DNA of 56,339 nt, filler included, from Perkinsus olseni (taxonomy: Eukaryota): the NCBI GenBank assembly GCA_013115125.1. It is 7 parts of 7 records of this genome, joined end to end, with 100 filler letters (N's around TTAATTAATTAA, not from the genome) between each part and the next. Parts side by side here need not be neighbours in the genome. Positions count along the whole stretch, not along the records: positions 8,121 to 16,138 come from JABANN010000990.1; positions 16,239 to 24,216 come from JABANN010000991.1; 5 more parts are not named here. One strand, written 5' to 3'. This document shows, piece by piece, positions 12,101 to 24,316 of this stretch. Numbering within the stretch: the first letter of the stretch is position 1; the number at the start of each line of letters is the position of its first letter. Position numbers and translations under genes: made by a program. The notes under the pieces are model-generated. The model did no database searches, was not told the DNA's origin, and worked only from the letters and a program-made list of their open reading frames with translations.

Positions 12101-13489
12101 ATGCCCGTTGTTAATACCGATAATAATAATATCATCCCGGATGTACCACTCTCAACTAGCAGCATTCATCCAGTAGTATTATTGGTAGTATCTTTATCAT
12201 TGTCAACCTACTCGAGTTGTTCATGTTGTTGTTTTTGTGTGTCAGGTAAGATACATGATTGCTGATGATCGTCATTCATTGGAGTATGGGAATATCGATA
12301 TGTTACGTAAATTATTGTTGCATGGGGAGGAGAACAAGGAGGAGGAGGAGGAGGAAGACGGCCACAATGTTAATAATACTGATACACCATTACTACGACT
12401 CCAACTACCACCTGGTGGTAGTGATGATGATGATGATGGTGGTGGTATGGCAATAAAGAGAGAACATATTATAGCTGCATTAGCTATCATATCGTCATCT
12501 AGTTATTATTATCATGATGGTACTCATAGTAGAAGTACTAGTCATGTCAAGCGGAAACGGAGTAGAGATGATGATGATGGATGGGGGCAGCAACAGCAGC
12601 AGCATCGGGACACAGACCTGCATGATAGTCGGGTAGACGATAATAATAATAAGATTAAAAAGCAGAAATTACGTCGACGAACGCCAACAGAAGTAGCAGA
12701 AGTAGCAGAAGTAGCGGCATCTCCTGATACGGATCTCCATCGTGATGGTGATAACGACCAGGTTGATGATGATGATATTATCATTATCGACAAAGATTGG
12801 TTATTAGATATGGGAAGGAGATCAATGAGCATCGCATCAGTAATGATGATCTATCTTACCATTACCAGACAGGTATTATGATGATGATGTTGATGTTGAT
12901 GATCAGGCTCGACGGTTATGTGATGATATTGGTATAGATCATCAGAGCATGATGATGATAGAGAAATCTGAGTTGATATCAGCCATTGTAGATGCAGTGT
13001 GGGAAATGGATACTAAACAGTAATGACCATGTTGATGATGATAACCATTAATAATCGTTCATGACTCATCAGCTTATACTGGTTGTATAACAAAAAGAAC
13101 ATCATGGTACCACCATCGGGAGTACCATCATCATCATCATCATGGTCGAAGTGTGGCGAGGGACGAGTAAGAAGAGAGTTATTGAGGGGTATCGTGGAGG
13201 GTAAGCACTATAAGAATAAGGTAATATGAAGATAATCACAGTAGTGGTATTAGGACAGGATATAATTTCATGTTGTAGGGTCCAGTGGAGGGATCATCTC
13301 AAGTATCATCATCATCATCATCATCATTACCGCTATTGACATTGTCGTCGTCATCATCATCATCATCATCATCATCATTATCATCAAAACTCATGCATCT
13401 AGCTAAAACAAATCCATTTAAATTGTTCGCTCTGAGGGACTCAACAACAAATAACATGAATGGAGGTCGTCAACGTGGGGAACATGACG

Positions 13490-13530
<41 letters not shown>

Positions 13531-15343
13531 GCAACTGTAGAAAGTAATAACAAGCATTAACCAAGAATAGTCCTTGGTAGTCGTGGTGGTGGTGGCGATT
13601 ACTATTATCAGATTTAAGTAAATCATTCATGAGACTTCTACCATTCGTGGAAGATGAGAAGGTGAAGGGAGCTATAAGGGAGGCCAAACGGCATGTATCA
13701 TGATCATCACTACCACATCATCAACTACACCCATCAACTTCAGGTGGAAACTGAAATCAAATTGAGATATCGTAGAAGTACAAAAGGAGATGATCGAGGT
13801 TGTGGCGAGGGTATTGGCGAGTCATCGCAGCAGAAGTCATCCTTCTTCGGTGATGATAACAATGATAATAAGAGTAGACTAGCCGGCTCACCACCACCAC
13901 CACCAGCAGCATCAGCATCATCCTATGGGGGGAGTAGTGGTATTGATTGGGATTGTGACTTCGGAAGGATCATACATCAAGCCATCAATAATCCACAATG
14001 CTCCTTCAAGACATTAGGATTGGATTCGAAACTGACAAATACAATAACTGGTAATAGTATGATATGTACTACCGCTCCTTGCCCGAATCAATAATATAGT
14101 ATTATTAGATGTGAAGAAGAGATGGGCTAAACTCATTCTTACACTCCACCCTGATAAAGTACCATTGAATTGGAAAAGGGGAGGAGGCAGCAGCAGCAGC
14201 AGCAGCAGCAGAAGTGATGATGATGATGATACGAAGCACAATAGTATCATGTTACTACTAGGAGAAGCCGTTCAAAAAGTCAATGATGCCAAAAAGAAAG
14301 TGACAACAACAACCACTATGATGATGAGGATGCGCATCATTAGTGTGCTTCATTCAGTGCGAAGCGGAGCTGAAAGTCGGAGAACTCAGAAGGCCGTATC
14401 AACCATTAATAAGAGGGTATGATGATGACAAGAGGCAAGAGGGGAATGATCATGATCATCATAATCATCATGGATCATATAAAATAGCGAAGAGTAAAAC
14501 TGGTAGGAGAACGATAGAGGTAATACTGGTGTCTAACACTGCTGTGAATTATTATAATAATAAGCAGATACATTGGATGTCGTCATCATCATCCGCTACA
14601 GATGATGCGAGCCAACGTCGTAAGGTGGAGAAATATCATATCTTCCTTCAAAGGCCTGATAAGAATGATAAGTAATAATAATGATGATGATAGCCATGAT
14701 GATGAGTATTTACTCGTTCAAGATATCCAGTTGGTACAGTCCAAGATAGTAGTGACCCCTGGGTGGTTATATCAGAAGATGATGTCAGGTGATGATGATG
14801 ATCACCACCACCACCCCAATCATCATCATACTACTTCATTTAGGTTTACCAACTTTTTCGCATATGACAAGATTATTGTATATATAACGGCTTACAATGC
14901 AGCTGGTCATTCTGAGCCTCTAACGATTGAGGTCCCTCTATCGGGTGGTATCAAATTCCCTAATTACTTCGTCACCATCAAGACACATCAACAACGACAA
15001 GCAGCAGCAGGAGGAGGAGGACGAGAACAACAGAGTTATGCGAATTATAATTATACTAATGGGCAACCATCATCATTTAATAACAACAACTCGTATCATT
15101 TAAATGATGTTGTATCATCATTATACCTAGTCCGCAATGATATAACATTATTAAGATCAAGATTGGGTAGATTGAGGGTGGAAGATTTGAAAGCTCTCAT
15201 CAGGTAACGTCCCGACTAGGTCATACTGTCCATTGTTATTTGTTATCAGGTTCAATCTTAGAGAAGTGCCGCGTGGCAATAAACCACTGTTGATTGAAAC
15301 TCTTACTGATGCTGTGATAAACAATCGTCTAACAACTCAGTGA
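12101..15343 (+). CDS. J-domain (DnaJ) protein with FN3-like and C-terminal SAP-like domains, multi-exon; may be two genes
   Basis: SFKTLGL...DVKKRWAKLILTLHPDK...EAVQKVNDAK (J domain, HPD intact); FTNFFAYDKIIVYITAYNAAGHSEP (FN3-like); LGRLRVEDLKALIRFNLREVPRGNKPLLIETL (SAP-like); stop at 15341-15343. Confidence 0.6.
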
Positions 15344-15462
15344 TTCTTGTCGTCATAATAATACTCATGCTGCATGTTTATCTTAATAGTTTCCAGAGGA
15401 ATATAATCGTAGAGTTACCAGTATTGCCGAGTGTAACAAACGACATTGAACTCATCGTGAAC

Positions 15463-16050
15463 TCATCGTGAACTCAACGATTCACTGAGGATAATACAAT
15501 CACGTTGGCGGCAGAATAGTGCTGTTGTCCTCATCCTCCTGTTTATCATCCTTCTCCTCCATAGCATTCGAGAATTGCTTCTTGAATTCTCTGAGTAATG
15601 CTTGCTGATCGTCGAGTCTATCACGGGAATTACGTAAATCGGCAATATGTTCATTAACCTGAGCACATGGTCGTCATCATCATCCTCATCACACCATGAT
15701 GTTATTATTACAGTGGACTTCAAATGCTCATAACTTCCTGATTCAGCACTGCGGAATATAGCTGATAAGACATCCTCTGGTACTACCAACGTTGAAGTCC
15801 AAGAGCAGGAGCACGATTCGTCTCCGTCTTCTTCTTTTTGTTGCCGTCCCTCGTCGATGAATGATGATGTTCTAACTAACCTTAGGGCTTCCCCTTCCTC
15901 TCGCAATCTATTTAGTTGTTTGATAAGTCGTATCAAAGAATCCGATACGTCCGTCATTTTACGAGTATCTGTCCTACTCATCACTGGTTTCTTATCATCA
16001 TCGTCATCATCAACCGTATGATGATGTTCTGAATGAAGTACAGCATCCAC
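15463..16050 (-). CDS. Hypothetical protein, 5' end probably truncated at the contig end
   Basis: 195-codon open frame running into the (TAC)n repeat; no recognisable family. Confidence 0.4.
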   Translation of the reverse strand: MDAVLHSEHHHTVDDDDDDKKPVMSRTDTRKMTDVSDSLIRLIKQLNRLREEGEALRLVRTSSFIDEGRQQKEEDGDESCSCSWTSTLVVPEDVLSAIFRSAESGSYEHLKSTVIITSWCDEDDDDDHVLRLMNILPIYVIPVIDSTISKHYSENSRSNSRMLWRRRMINRRMRTTALFCRQRDCIILSESLSSR

Positions 16051-16067
16051 ATTGATGGTAGAAGCAA

Positions 16068-16138
<71 letters not shown>
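16068..16138. repeat. (TAC)n microsatellite at contig end
   Basis: Pure TAC run. Confidence 0.95.
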
Positions 16139-16238
16139 NNNNNNNNNNNNNNNNNNNNNNNNNNNNNNNNNNNNNNNNNNNNTTAATTAATTAANNNNNN
16201 NNNNNNNNNNNNNNNNNNNNNNNNNNNNNNNNNNNNNN
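16139..16238. other. Artificial contig-joining linker
   Basis: N44-TTAATTAATTAA-N44. Confidence 0.97.
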
Positions 16239-17189
16239 GAAGAATGTGGCCCAAACGTCTAAGACGCAACTCCAATTACCGGATACAGAGATGAGTGATA
16301 GCAATCGGAGGCACTGCGCGAGCAGATACCGGGCGTTTCAGAAGGGAATGGAAAACACCCTGCAAGGATACACGTTAGTTCGTAGCTCATCGCGATCACG
16401 AGCTCACTAGTGAATACAAACTATCTCAAAATAATCACATGAATTGGGGTGACCGTCAGGCCGTTTCATCGGTAGTCTTCTTGCATATCTTATGTCTTGC
16501 ATTGTGTGGATAATCTCGCAGACGCCTCAGCCGTCACGGTCACGATCCACAGTGGGCTCCCTCGCCACGCCATGGGCCCACGGGCTTCGTCAGTAACGAA
16601 CGCTCAAGACCCAAGCCAGAAACACGGAACCCACAACTCAGTTTGTCCAACTGTCGCTTTCGGCGAATCCTGCTCGGAACCTGCCCCCCAACAGCTCCAC
16701 TCAAGGGGATGATGGTTGGTCTCACTAATTATTATTACTCTGCCACCACGAGGCTTTACAGTATAATACCTTGTGCTTGTACAGCTGATAGGCTGTAGCA
16801 CGAGGGATAGCAGGCTGTTATCAACAGCCTTGCCCTGGGTAACTGCCGCATGGGGACATTGGTGCTCACAACCCTGTCGCACAAGGGACAGCGAGGCTCA
16901 CAAGATCGGGAACAGTCGATGGTCGAATGGCCGGATAACACAGAAATGAGAAGGATCCGGGTAGTTCTTTCCTTTTTGATTTCATCAGAATGAGGTTTCA
17001 TCGTGGTAGTAAGTCGTAAACATCTTCTGATGATTAACTCATCATCTAGCGGCGCTGAAAGCGTTGGGCTACTCACCAGTGGTGATTGGCTTGACCAAGA
17101 AGATGATTCATCATCTTAGGTGATACATGACGCGTTTTCGCTCGCCTTGCACTAAACTAGATTGCTGGTGAGCTTTGTGTTCGGCGGTA

Positions 17190-18935
17190 ATGGCCCACCA
17201 TCTTTATGCTGTCGTCATCTGCCTGGAGTTCCTCTGCGGGGCATTAGTCTTCGCTATAAGGGACCTCAGGAGCACCTTCGATAACCTGAAGGCTCAGAAA
17301 GGTGCGACAAACTTCATTATCTTGCTGACCTAAACTTCAAGGCTTCAGGGTTGGTGTACTCTCCCGAGGAAGAGGCCCAGCACCTCGCTCGGTTCGAGGA
17401 GGAGTTGAAGGCACAGGCCAAGTTCATCTCGACAGAAGATGTGGCCGAGCTATTCGACGAAACCAGACCGGCTATTATGCAGAGCTTCGTTGATGAGATC
17501 AACTCCAAGCAGAAGGCGTGGACTGCATCCATCGAGCAAGGAAGACTCAAGAGTAACTCCGTTAGAGCTCCTGTCAAGACGTTGAGCTAGTTGTCCTCAG
17601 CTTTCAGCCTCGGTGATACTAAGAGGTTATGCGGGACGTTACGCGAGGCCGCGAGTGGACTGACTAAGAAGGTGTATGCCCCAGAGGAGTTGCAGGACCT
17701 GCCTGCCGACTTCGACGCACGCAGTGGCTTCCCCAAGTGCTCGGGTGTTATCGGCCACATCAGGTGGGGAACTATCAGGTCCGAGTGAGTGCTACCTCCG
17801 GCGAGCGTCCTTCACCTCCAGAGACCAATCAGCCTGCGGCAGCTGTTGGGCATTCGGCACCACGGAGGCCTTCAACGATCGTCTGTGTATCAAATCGGAC
17901 GGGAATTTTACGGAACTCCTCTCGGCAGGCGAGATGAACGCCTGCGCAATGTGAGGGACGCTAGCCGCTCACCTGTTACAGCTGGGATCTTCTTGCCTCT
18001 GTTTTTGACGATCTTCTCATCTAAGATACGACGGATGCAGCGGCGGATTTGCTACACTTTCATGGAAGTGGTTGCATCATGCAGGGATCGCAACTGGTAA
18101 GTATATTCTGTCACACGCTGACCCCGAGTAGGCCCACCTTGAACTCATCTGCCCGTCCGTGAGTCCCCGCTGTCCTAGATCGGAACTAATAATTCATAGT
18201 AGTTCCACAGGACGAGCCGTCCTGGCAATTCTCGGTCTTCTCAGGCGGAGATTACGTTAAAACGGGTGAGATGACCAAAGCTAGTGGGTGCTGGCCGTAT
18301 GACTTCCCGCCGTGCGCTCATCATGTTAATAGCACAAAATATCCAGCTTGCCCGAAGGCGAGTGAAATGATGCATTGCTGGGTCGATGATTTTTGCCAAG
18401 CTCAGGAAACCTACAGCGCACCTCAATGCGTTCAGCGATGCCACAACGAAAAATATCCAATAAGTTTGGAAGGGTAGGGGAGTTGCTCTATTGAGAAGTC
18501 GCCCGAAATGATACTATGGGGCAAGTCTTTGGTGGCATATGACGATCATGGTTCTCAGAGATCGTCATTTCATGAAGGAGACGTCCCCGCATCATTACTC
18601 GAGTCTTGACGACGCCAAGAAAGCCATTCAAACTGATGGGCCGGTGAGACGGATGTCCTATCGTTCGAGTCGGGATCCCATATCAGGTATCGGCTGCTTT
18701 CGGTGTTTACGAAGATTTCCTCGCCTACAAGTCCGGTGTCTATAAACACACGTCTGGTACTTTTCTCGGTGGACATGCTGTGAAGATTATCGGATGGGGC
18801 GAGGAGAAGGGCGAAGGCTACTGGCTAGTTGCTAACTCCTGGAATGGAGATTGGGGTGACCATGGGTTCTTTAAAATAGCCTTTGGTCAATGCGGGATAA
18901 ACGATCTGCTGCTTGGTGGTACCCCCAAGGTGTGA
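17190..18935 (+). CDS. Cathepsin B-like cysteine protease (papain family C1A) with signal peptide, multi-exon
   Basis: [18 protein letters not shown] (catalytic Cys), occluding loop [29 protein letters not shown] (His), [16 protein letters not shown] (Asn). Includes a GC-donor intron near 18358. Confidence 0.95.
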
Positions 18936-19723
18936 CCCCCTAACGCGTCTCAGAGACGACGACTCAATCAACATTCTTTTTCTTGATATTGAACTTCTCA
19001 TTACTGTCTTTGTCGACAGAATGGAAGCCTCTTTTTCATATAGTTTCGCACCCATTAGCCGAAAGAAGTCATCCCTGCTGGAGACACAGACTATACGAGT
19101 ATTCTCAGGCTCATGCTTCGGACTCCGAAGTCTTGGGTTCGATTTAAAATTGCGAGAGGTTGGAAATCGGATAGATACCGATAACAGACGTCTCGCGAAG
19201 AAAACATCTTAAGGATATGATAAGATGCTCATCCAGGTTTGGAGCCGAAAGCCAGAGAGTTTCGCGGTATCGGATGGCGGGAGACAACACACTGCAAGTG
19301 TCCCGTGAAATCACGAGGACTCCTGGTCGAGGAACAACCTTAGTAGACCACAAGCGAAGACAAGACGACTACCATACAATTTGGCTATGAATAGACGGTC
19401 TATTATAGCCCAACTAAGAGTTTCCTAGTAGTGTCCTGTAATCAATCCAACTAGCAGTTCTGAGCAAGCGTTCCGAGAAAAGCAGCTACTTCGGCTTCAC
19501 TGCAGCCGCAGCGTTCGGGTGAACCATGGCAGGGTTCAGAACTCAACGCCATTAGAACTGACCCAAGACGGATTGATCCGTCGCGATAATTCATCATGAA
19601 TCATCACGGATGATCCATCCGTTATTGAATCCGTTGTGACTGTTATTGAAAGCGCTGAAGTTTTTGGGTGGAGTTAAGTAAACGATACACATGGTGTGTC
19701 GAGGGAAAATCATAGGCAGTCCG

Positions 19724-19774
19724 CTACTCTAGCCTACGATGACGACTCGGAGTCGTCATCGTAGGCTAGAGTAG
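19724..19774. repeat. Perfect 25-bp inverted repeat with a 1-nt spacer
   Basis: CTACTCTAGCCTACGATGACGACTC-G-GAGTCGTCATCGTAGGCTAGAGTAG. Confidence 0.95.
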
Positions 19775-20845
19775 TCAAGTCACCAGACTGAATCTTATCG
19801 GTGTTGTAAAGCGCGCAGATACCGGTATACAAGAAGTGGACTCCTCCTGAGGGAGGGGTGAGTAAGACGAGGGGTAAATCCCACGGGAGGAAGAGGACGG
19901 CAGCTTGAGCATAGACCGAGCTCCTCGAAGACGAATTCGTTTTAAGACTAAGACCGCATTTAAAGATGATATAACGATATTTACGTACACATACGTAGAC
20001 GGCCTTAGCGGCCGGAGTCCGGCCGCCGGACGCACGCGCTGGGTAAGGTCGTCTCCACCGCACATCATGCGGTCTAGTAGGCCGCATGCCTCGAGCGTGG
20101 CGTCCTTCATACTGATGCCACAAACGCCATTGATTGAGTCGGATTCTCTATCTTACTCACGCTCCTCTCCCTGCGCTCGCCTCAAACAGCCTCCTCCGTG
20201 CTGCCGTTTCAACTCAACCCTGTCGCCCAAGCTCGCACCAGTGTCCTCGCGTGCAAGGTTGAACTAGTAGGAGTTTCAGCACGTAGTCGAGCGGAAGGAT
20301 ATCCCGGGTAAGAATCTCACCCGACAGCTGATTTTTATCTTACCACAAGACTGAAGACACAAATCAGCTGTGTCGAGGATGAATGGCTTGCAGTTGTACA
20401 GGGCTGTCCCATCCACGGAATGTATACGGAGGAGCGCCGGCACATACACTATAGGAACAATATTTCCTACACGCAGCTTGCATGCCTCACAACGGTACTA
20501 AGCAGAATGAATTTTCCAGCTCAGAGGATTCCCGGTTGTCCGAAATATCAACGCAAACCTTCAAGGGCACAGCAACTACGCCTCAGCCTCTGAACAGTGA
20601 GGGAGCATTCACAACGAGGTTGCATGGGACGCAAGGTTGGAGGGAAGTGTCTCACAGCGACCCCGTGATCGATGGTCGTCCAATATCATCGTTGGTATCT
20701 GCCCAATCGTAACAGCCTAGCTGTTTCCGAGATATCACCGGCTGAAATGCTTCATACAAATCATGAGTTTATGATACGTCGAGCAAAGTAGGCCCGACGA
20801 GCAGATGCCTCGGAGCCTAGGCCAATGAATGCGGTGTAACACTGA

Positions 20846-23800
20846 CTAGTTCGGAGAAGACGCGTCAACAATAGTCGGTTCGCGATGGGGTGCCCCCATC
20901 GGGGTCTGACTTTCACCATTGCTGATACCCCCAACCTCGTCCGCTTTCTCCGGCTTCTCCATGCCAGAGCCCTCGGATCTGCCGCAATGGCTTCACTCCA
21001 GTGACCCTTTTCTCGCGACTCACTCTTCTTCAGCGGGAATGAGGGAAGCTGCCGATTCATAAGCGTCCACATTCAACCCACGGTTGAGGAGATCTCGTCG
21101 TGTGACGAATCTCGTTATTCGCTCTTCTAGTATCGCGGGAAGCCTACGGTCGAGCGAAATGAGATCTAATGCGGGAAGCACAGCGTTGTCAGTTCACCTG
21201 CAAGAGCGCAGGTGTAGGCACAGAAGGCCGGAGTTCTTTTCAGCCAAGCAAGTGAGGAAAACACCTATTATACTCTGCTTCTCGATTTGGAGGTCTTCAA
21301 ACCCCTGGCCGACAGGATCCGCAGAGACTCCATTATCCCGTGGAGATCTCACTTCTACTGTGATGTACTCCGGCACTGCGTTACCAACTTTTCCTTTCCT
21401 CTTCGCGGGACGATTTCGGATGAAAGCGTCTGAACAGAGGCGACCTGAGGTCATCATATTACCCTTAACAATGGCGGACCTTCCTTAGCCATCGTCGGCT
21501 CTGCGGGATCCGTATACAAAGGATTGGCCGAGAGATCGAGCGTCACCAGGGTGTTGTTCTCGGCAAGAAAGGAAGTCAAGTAGCTACCAAAGTTATGAAT
21601 GAGGGAAGGCAAGGTTACGTACGGTAGAGTGTGGATCGTGATGTCGTTGCTCGAGAGATCCAGGCCAGCCAAGGTCGAATTGCCCATGAGACTCTGCAGC
21701 AAGTGTGAGGCGCCATTGTCCTCGCAACGATTGAGCCTCAACGAGAGCACCTGAGAAAGCGTACCCAGGTTTCCAGCGGGCACTGCCCACTCAAGATAAG
21801 ACTTTCATTCACTCATCAAACGGATCATCATTACCGTCGTGTCCGACAACATCAGTGGCGTCGCGCCATTAGTGACTGAGAAATTTGCGCTCGCAGTCCA
21901 GCCTTCGCCGCGATTATTCGCACCACACGGATCGTATCATTTTGCTATTATAAAATGATGATCTCAGGCTAGTAGATTACTAGTAGTGGGGGGTAGAGTA
22001 GACACGGCGGCACAATTAACCATCGTTTCCGTAGCCGAATCGGATGGCAAAATTTGGCAGAATTTTACCAATTCAGGAAAAATGAGCTCTCGGCGCGATG
22101 ACAACTTGTGTCGTCGTGTCTCCCCTACTCTCCACTCTGGTAGACTAGCAGTCTGAGACTACCCTCTGGGCCCCGCCCAGTATACGTTCTCACCTGCAGG
22201 CTGTCGTTGTCGGCCAAGTGGCGGCCAATGTGCATCGCGCCATTAGCGTGGATATTATTATCAGCCAGGGAAAGTCTGCTCAATCTGATCTCCTCAGAGG
22301 GAGAGAGAAGCGAAGATATCTTGCGAGCACCCTAACGAGAGCAGCTCAGTCTAGCGCTGTTGGCTTCATCCTACCCTATCACAGATCTTATTGTGGGAGA
22401 GATCTAAGTCAGTGAGGACATGGCAGGACCTCAGACCGACGACCAGTATCTATCACGATTAAGTTTCCTCTCGAATGCTGACCGCTTCCACATGGGCTAA
22501 GTCATAGTATGACTGTCATACGTCACTAGGGAAAAATGAGGTCGACGGAGCAGATCTCCGAGCACGGAGTAGTGGCACCTTTGTGAGCTCATCGTCAATA
22601 AGATTGTGCGGCAATGCAAGGCTGTGTAGAGTCTGAGTGAACCTACCAGGATGCGGGCTTGCCAATAGAACAGAGAGGCCTTTGTCACCTCAGGGCGCGC
22701 GACAGGTTGGATGCGTCATTTATCTTCATGCCAAACAGGGCACGGTCATAGGCCATTCCTTGACAAGAGGATAGCTGCACGCTATGATACGATGGTGTCG
22801 CCGCTCACCCAGCTTCCTGCGTCGGCCGAAGGTCACCTTGAGGGAGCAGAGGCATGGAAGGCGGGCCACCAGCAATGCCATGTCCAGACAAGAGGGGAGT
22901 TCATCGAGGTCAACACGGAAGATGTAATCGGCAGTGGTTTGAAGCACCTAGAGAGCGCAGGTTCGAATCCTCCCGGATGCATGTATCACTACCAGCGTGA
23001 GTTGCTGTATTTTCTCTGGCGAGGGGTCGAGCGGAAGGGCGGTGATCTCTCTGTTCACCCAGGTCTCGATGAACCTTCGCAGTCAGCCCAGGCTGGTCGG
23101 AGTCAGTCTTGCACTAGTCGTCTTACGCCTGTTTCCAGCTTCCACCGTGGCCCAATGGATTCACAGCGGCCGCTGTGGCAGCGCCCTGGTTCGTATCAGG
23201 TGTTTCGTTATCCTCGTCAAGACCAAGGCCAGTAGCAGGGCCCAAAGTCCTCAGGTAGCGCAGTGTCGCTGTACCAGGCGACGAATCATTTTCTAAAACT
23301 CCAACAGAGCACTCTCGTACGTAGAACAACGGATGATGTGGCGTCTCACCCGAGGGCCCGCCAGTGTTATTTGCCAATAGCTGCTCCTGAACGCGTTTGG
23401 TTGTAATACTGTAGTGCGAGTGCATTGGAAGCTACATGAGTTCGACGCTTCCAATACTCCTCATCAGAGACGTGACGTATCGCCTCAAGGACAGGAAGAT
23501 CGCTTGGAAGGCGAGCATACACCTGTCATGGCCTAGCCAGGTGGGCCCTAGCGGTGACGTTGTTACCTCGCTCATCTCAGAGGGTGTGAGCCGTGCCCAA
23601 GGGTTGTCTCCTGGTTCGTCACCTGCATTGCAGCGAGTTGGACGCCAATAATTTGGCTCAGCTGCCGGGCGATGGAACTGTTCCGTGGCCGATTCGGCAC
23701 TATCAATTGAACTCTGGCCAGTTGTACTCCAATTGGTCCACCTCGGGCTCGAGGAGCCATGTGTGAAAGGTTCGACCGATGGCTGTGCTGCGCTCGAGAA

Positions 23801-24132
23801 ATCGGGCGCAGGATATCGAGTTTGAGCCAAGAGGAATTTATCGGCACTCTCGGTTCAGTGGCTCACGATGGGCCAATCGCTCGCCAGGCTTGCACCGCAG
23901 ATTTTGCGACCGACTTCAACGGCAGCGACGAGGCCGCAAATCGAAGAGACGACTCGCTCGTCAGACAGTAGTCACAGCGCCTTGCCAAGGCGGCCTTCAA
24001 GGCCTCCAAGTTGGTGAAATGGACCCTCTTACGTTGATTAATTGTCAAAAAGAGGTAGTTGTTGGCCAGGTGGTCGAAGCAGTAGTCTCGCAGCTTCTTT
24101 GGCTTGGTTCGTGCCTGAGGCGCTAAAGTCAT
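20846..24132 (-). CDS. TCTE1: TCTE1/DRC5 (dynein regulatory complex subunit 5) leucine-rich repeat protein, multi-exon
   Basis: N-terminal KLRDYCFDHLANNY, the HGGSWKQAFIE signature, FGMKINDASNLSRAL, and RI-like LRRs (LSLADNNIHANGAMHIG, LSLRLNRCEDNGASHLL, LDLSSNDI, LDLSANPL). Confidence 0.8.
21962..22158. repeat. About 200-bp foldback with ~55-bp imperfect inverted arms inside a 443-nt intron (MITE-like element or structured RNA)
   Basis: TCTCAGGCT...AGACACGGCGGCACAA pairs with TTGTGTCGTCGTGTCT...AGTCTGAGA. Confidence 0.75.
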
Positions 24133-24150
24133 CGCATGGGCGGCCCCCCC

Positions 24151-24152
<2 letters not shown>

Positions 24153-24216
<64 letters not shown>
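24153..24216. repeat. Poly-G run at contig end (probably a sequencing artefact)
   Basis: About 64 G directly before the N linker. Confidence 0.7.
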
Positions 24217-24316
24217 NNNNNNNNNNNNNNNNNNNNNNNNNNNNNNNNNNNNNNNNNNNNTTAATTAATTAANNNNNNNNNNNNNNNNNNNNNNNNNNNN
24301 NNNNNNNNNNNNNNNN
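24217..24316. other. Artificial contig-joining linker
   Basis: N44-TTAATTAATTAA-N44. Confidence 0.97.

Noticed and set aside
21881-21925. TTTGCGC...CGCGATTATT resembling U4 snRNA
   Set aside because: Spacing is too short for the 5' stem-loop, and there is no stem I complement or properly placed Sm site.
22028-22036. CCGTAGCC (and CTTGGCTCAA on the minus strand near 23822) resembling the dinoflagellate/Perkinsus spliced leader
   Set aside because: Only 8-10 nt partial matches at separate sites; expected by chance.
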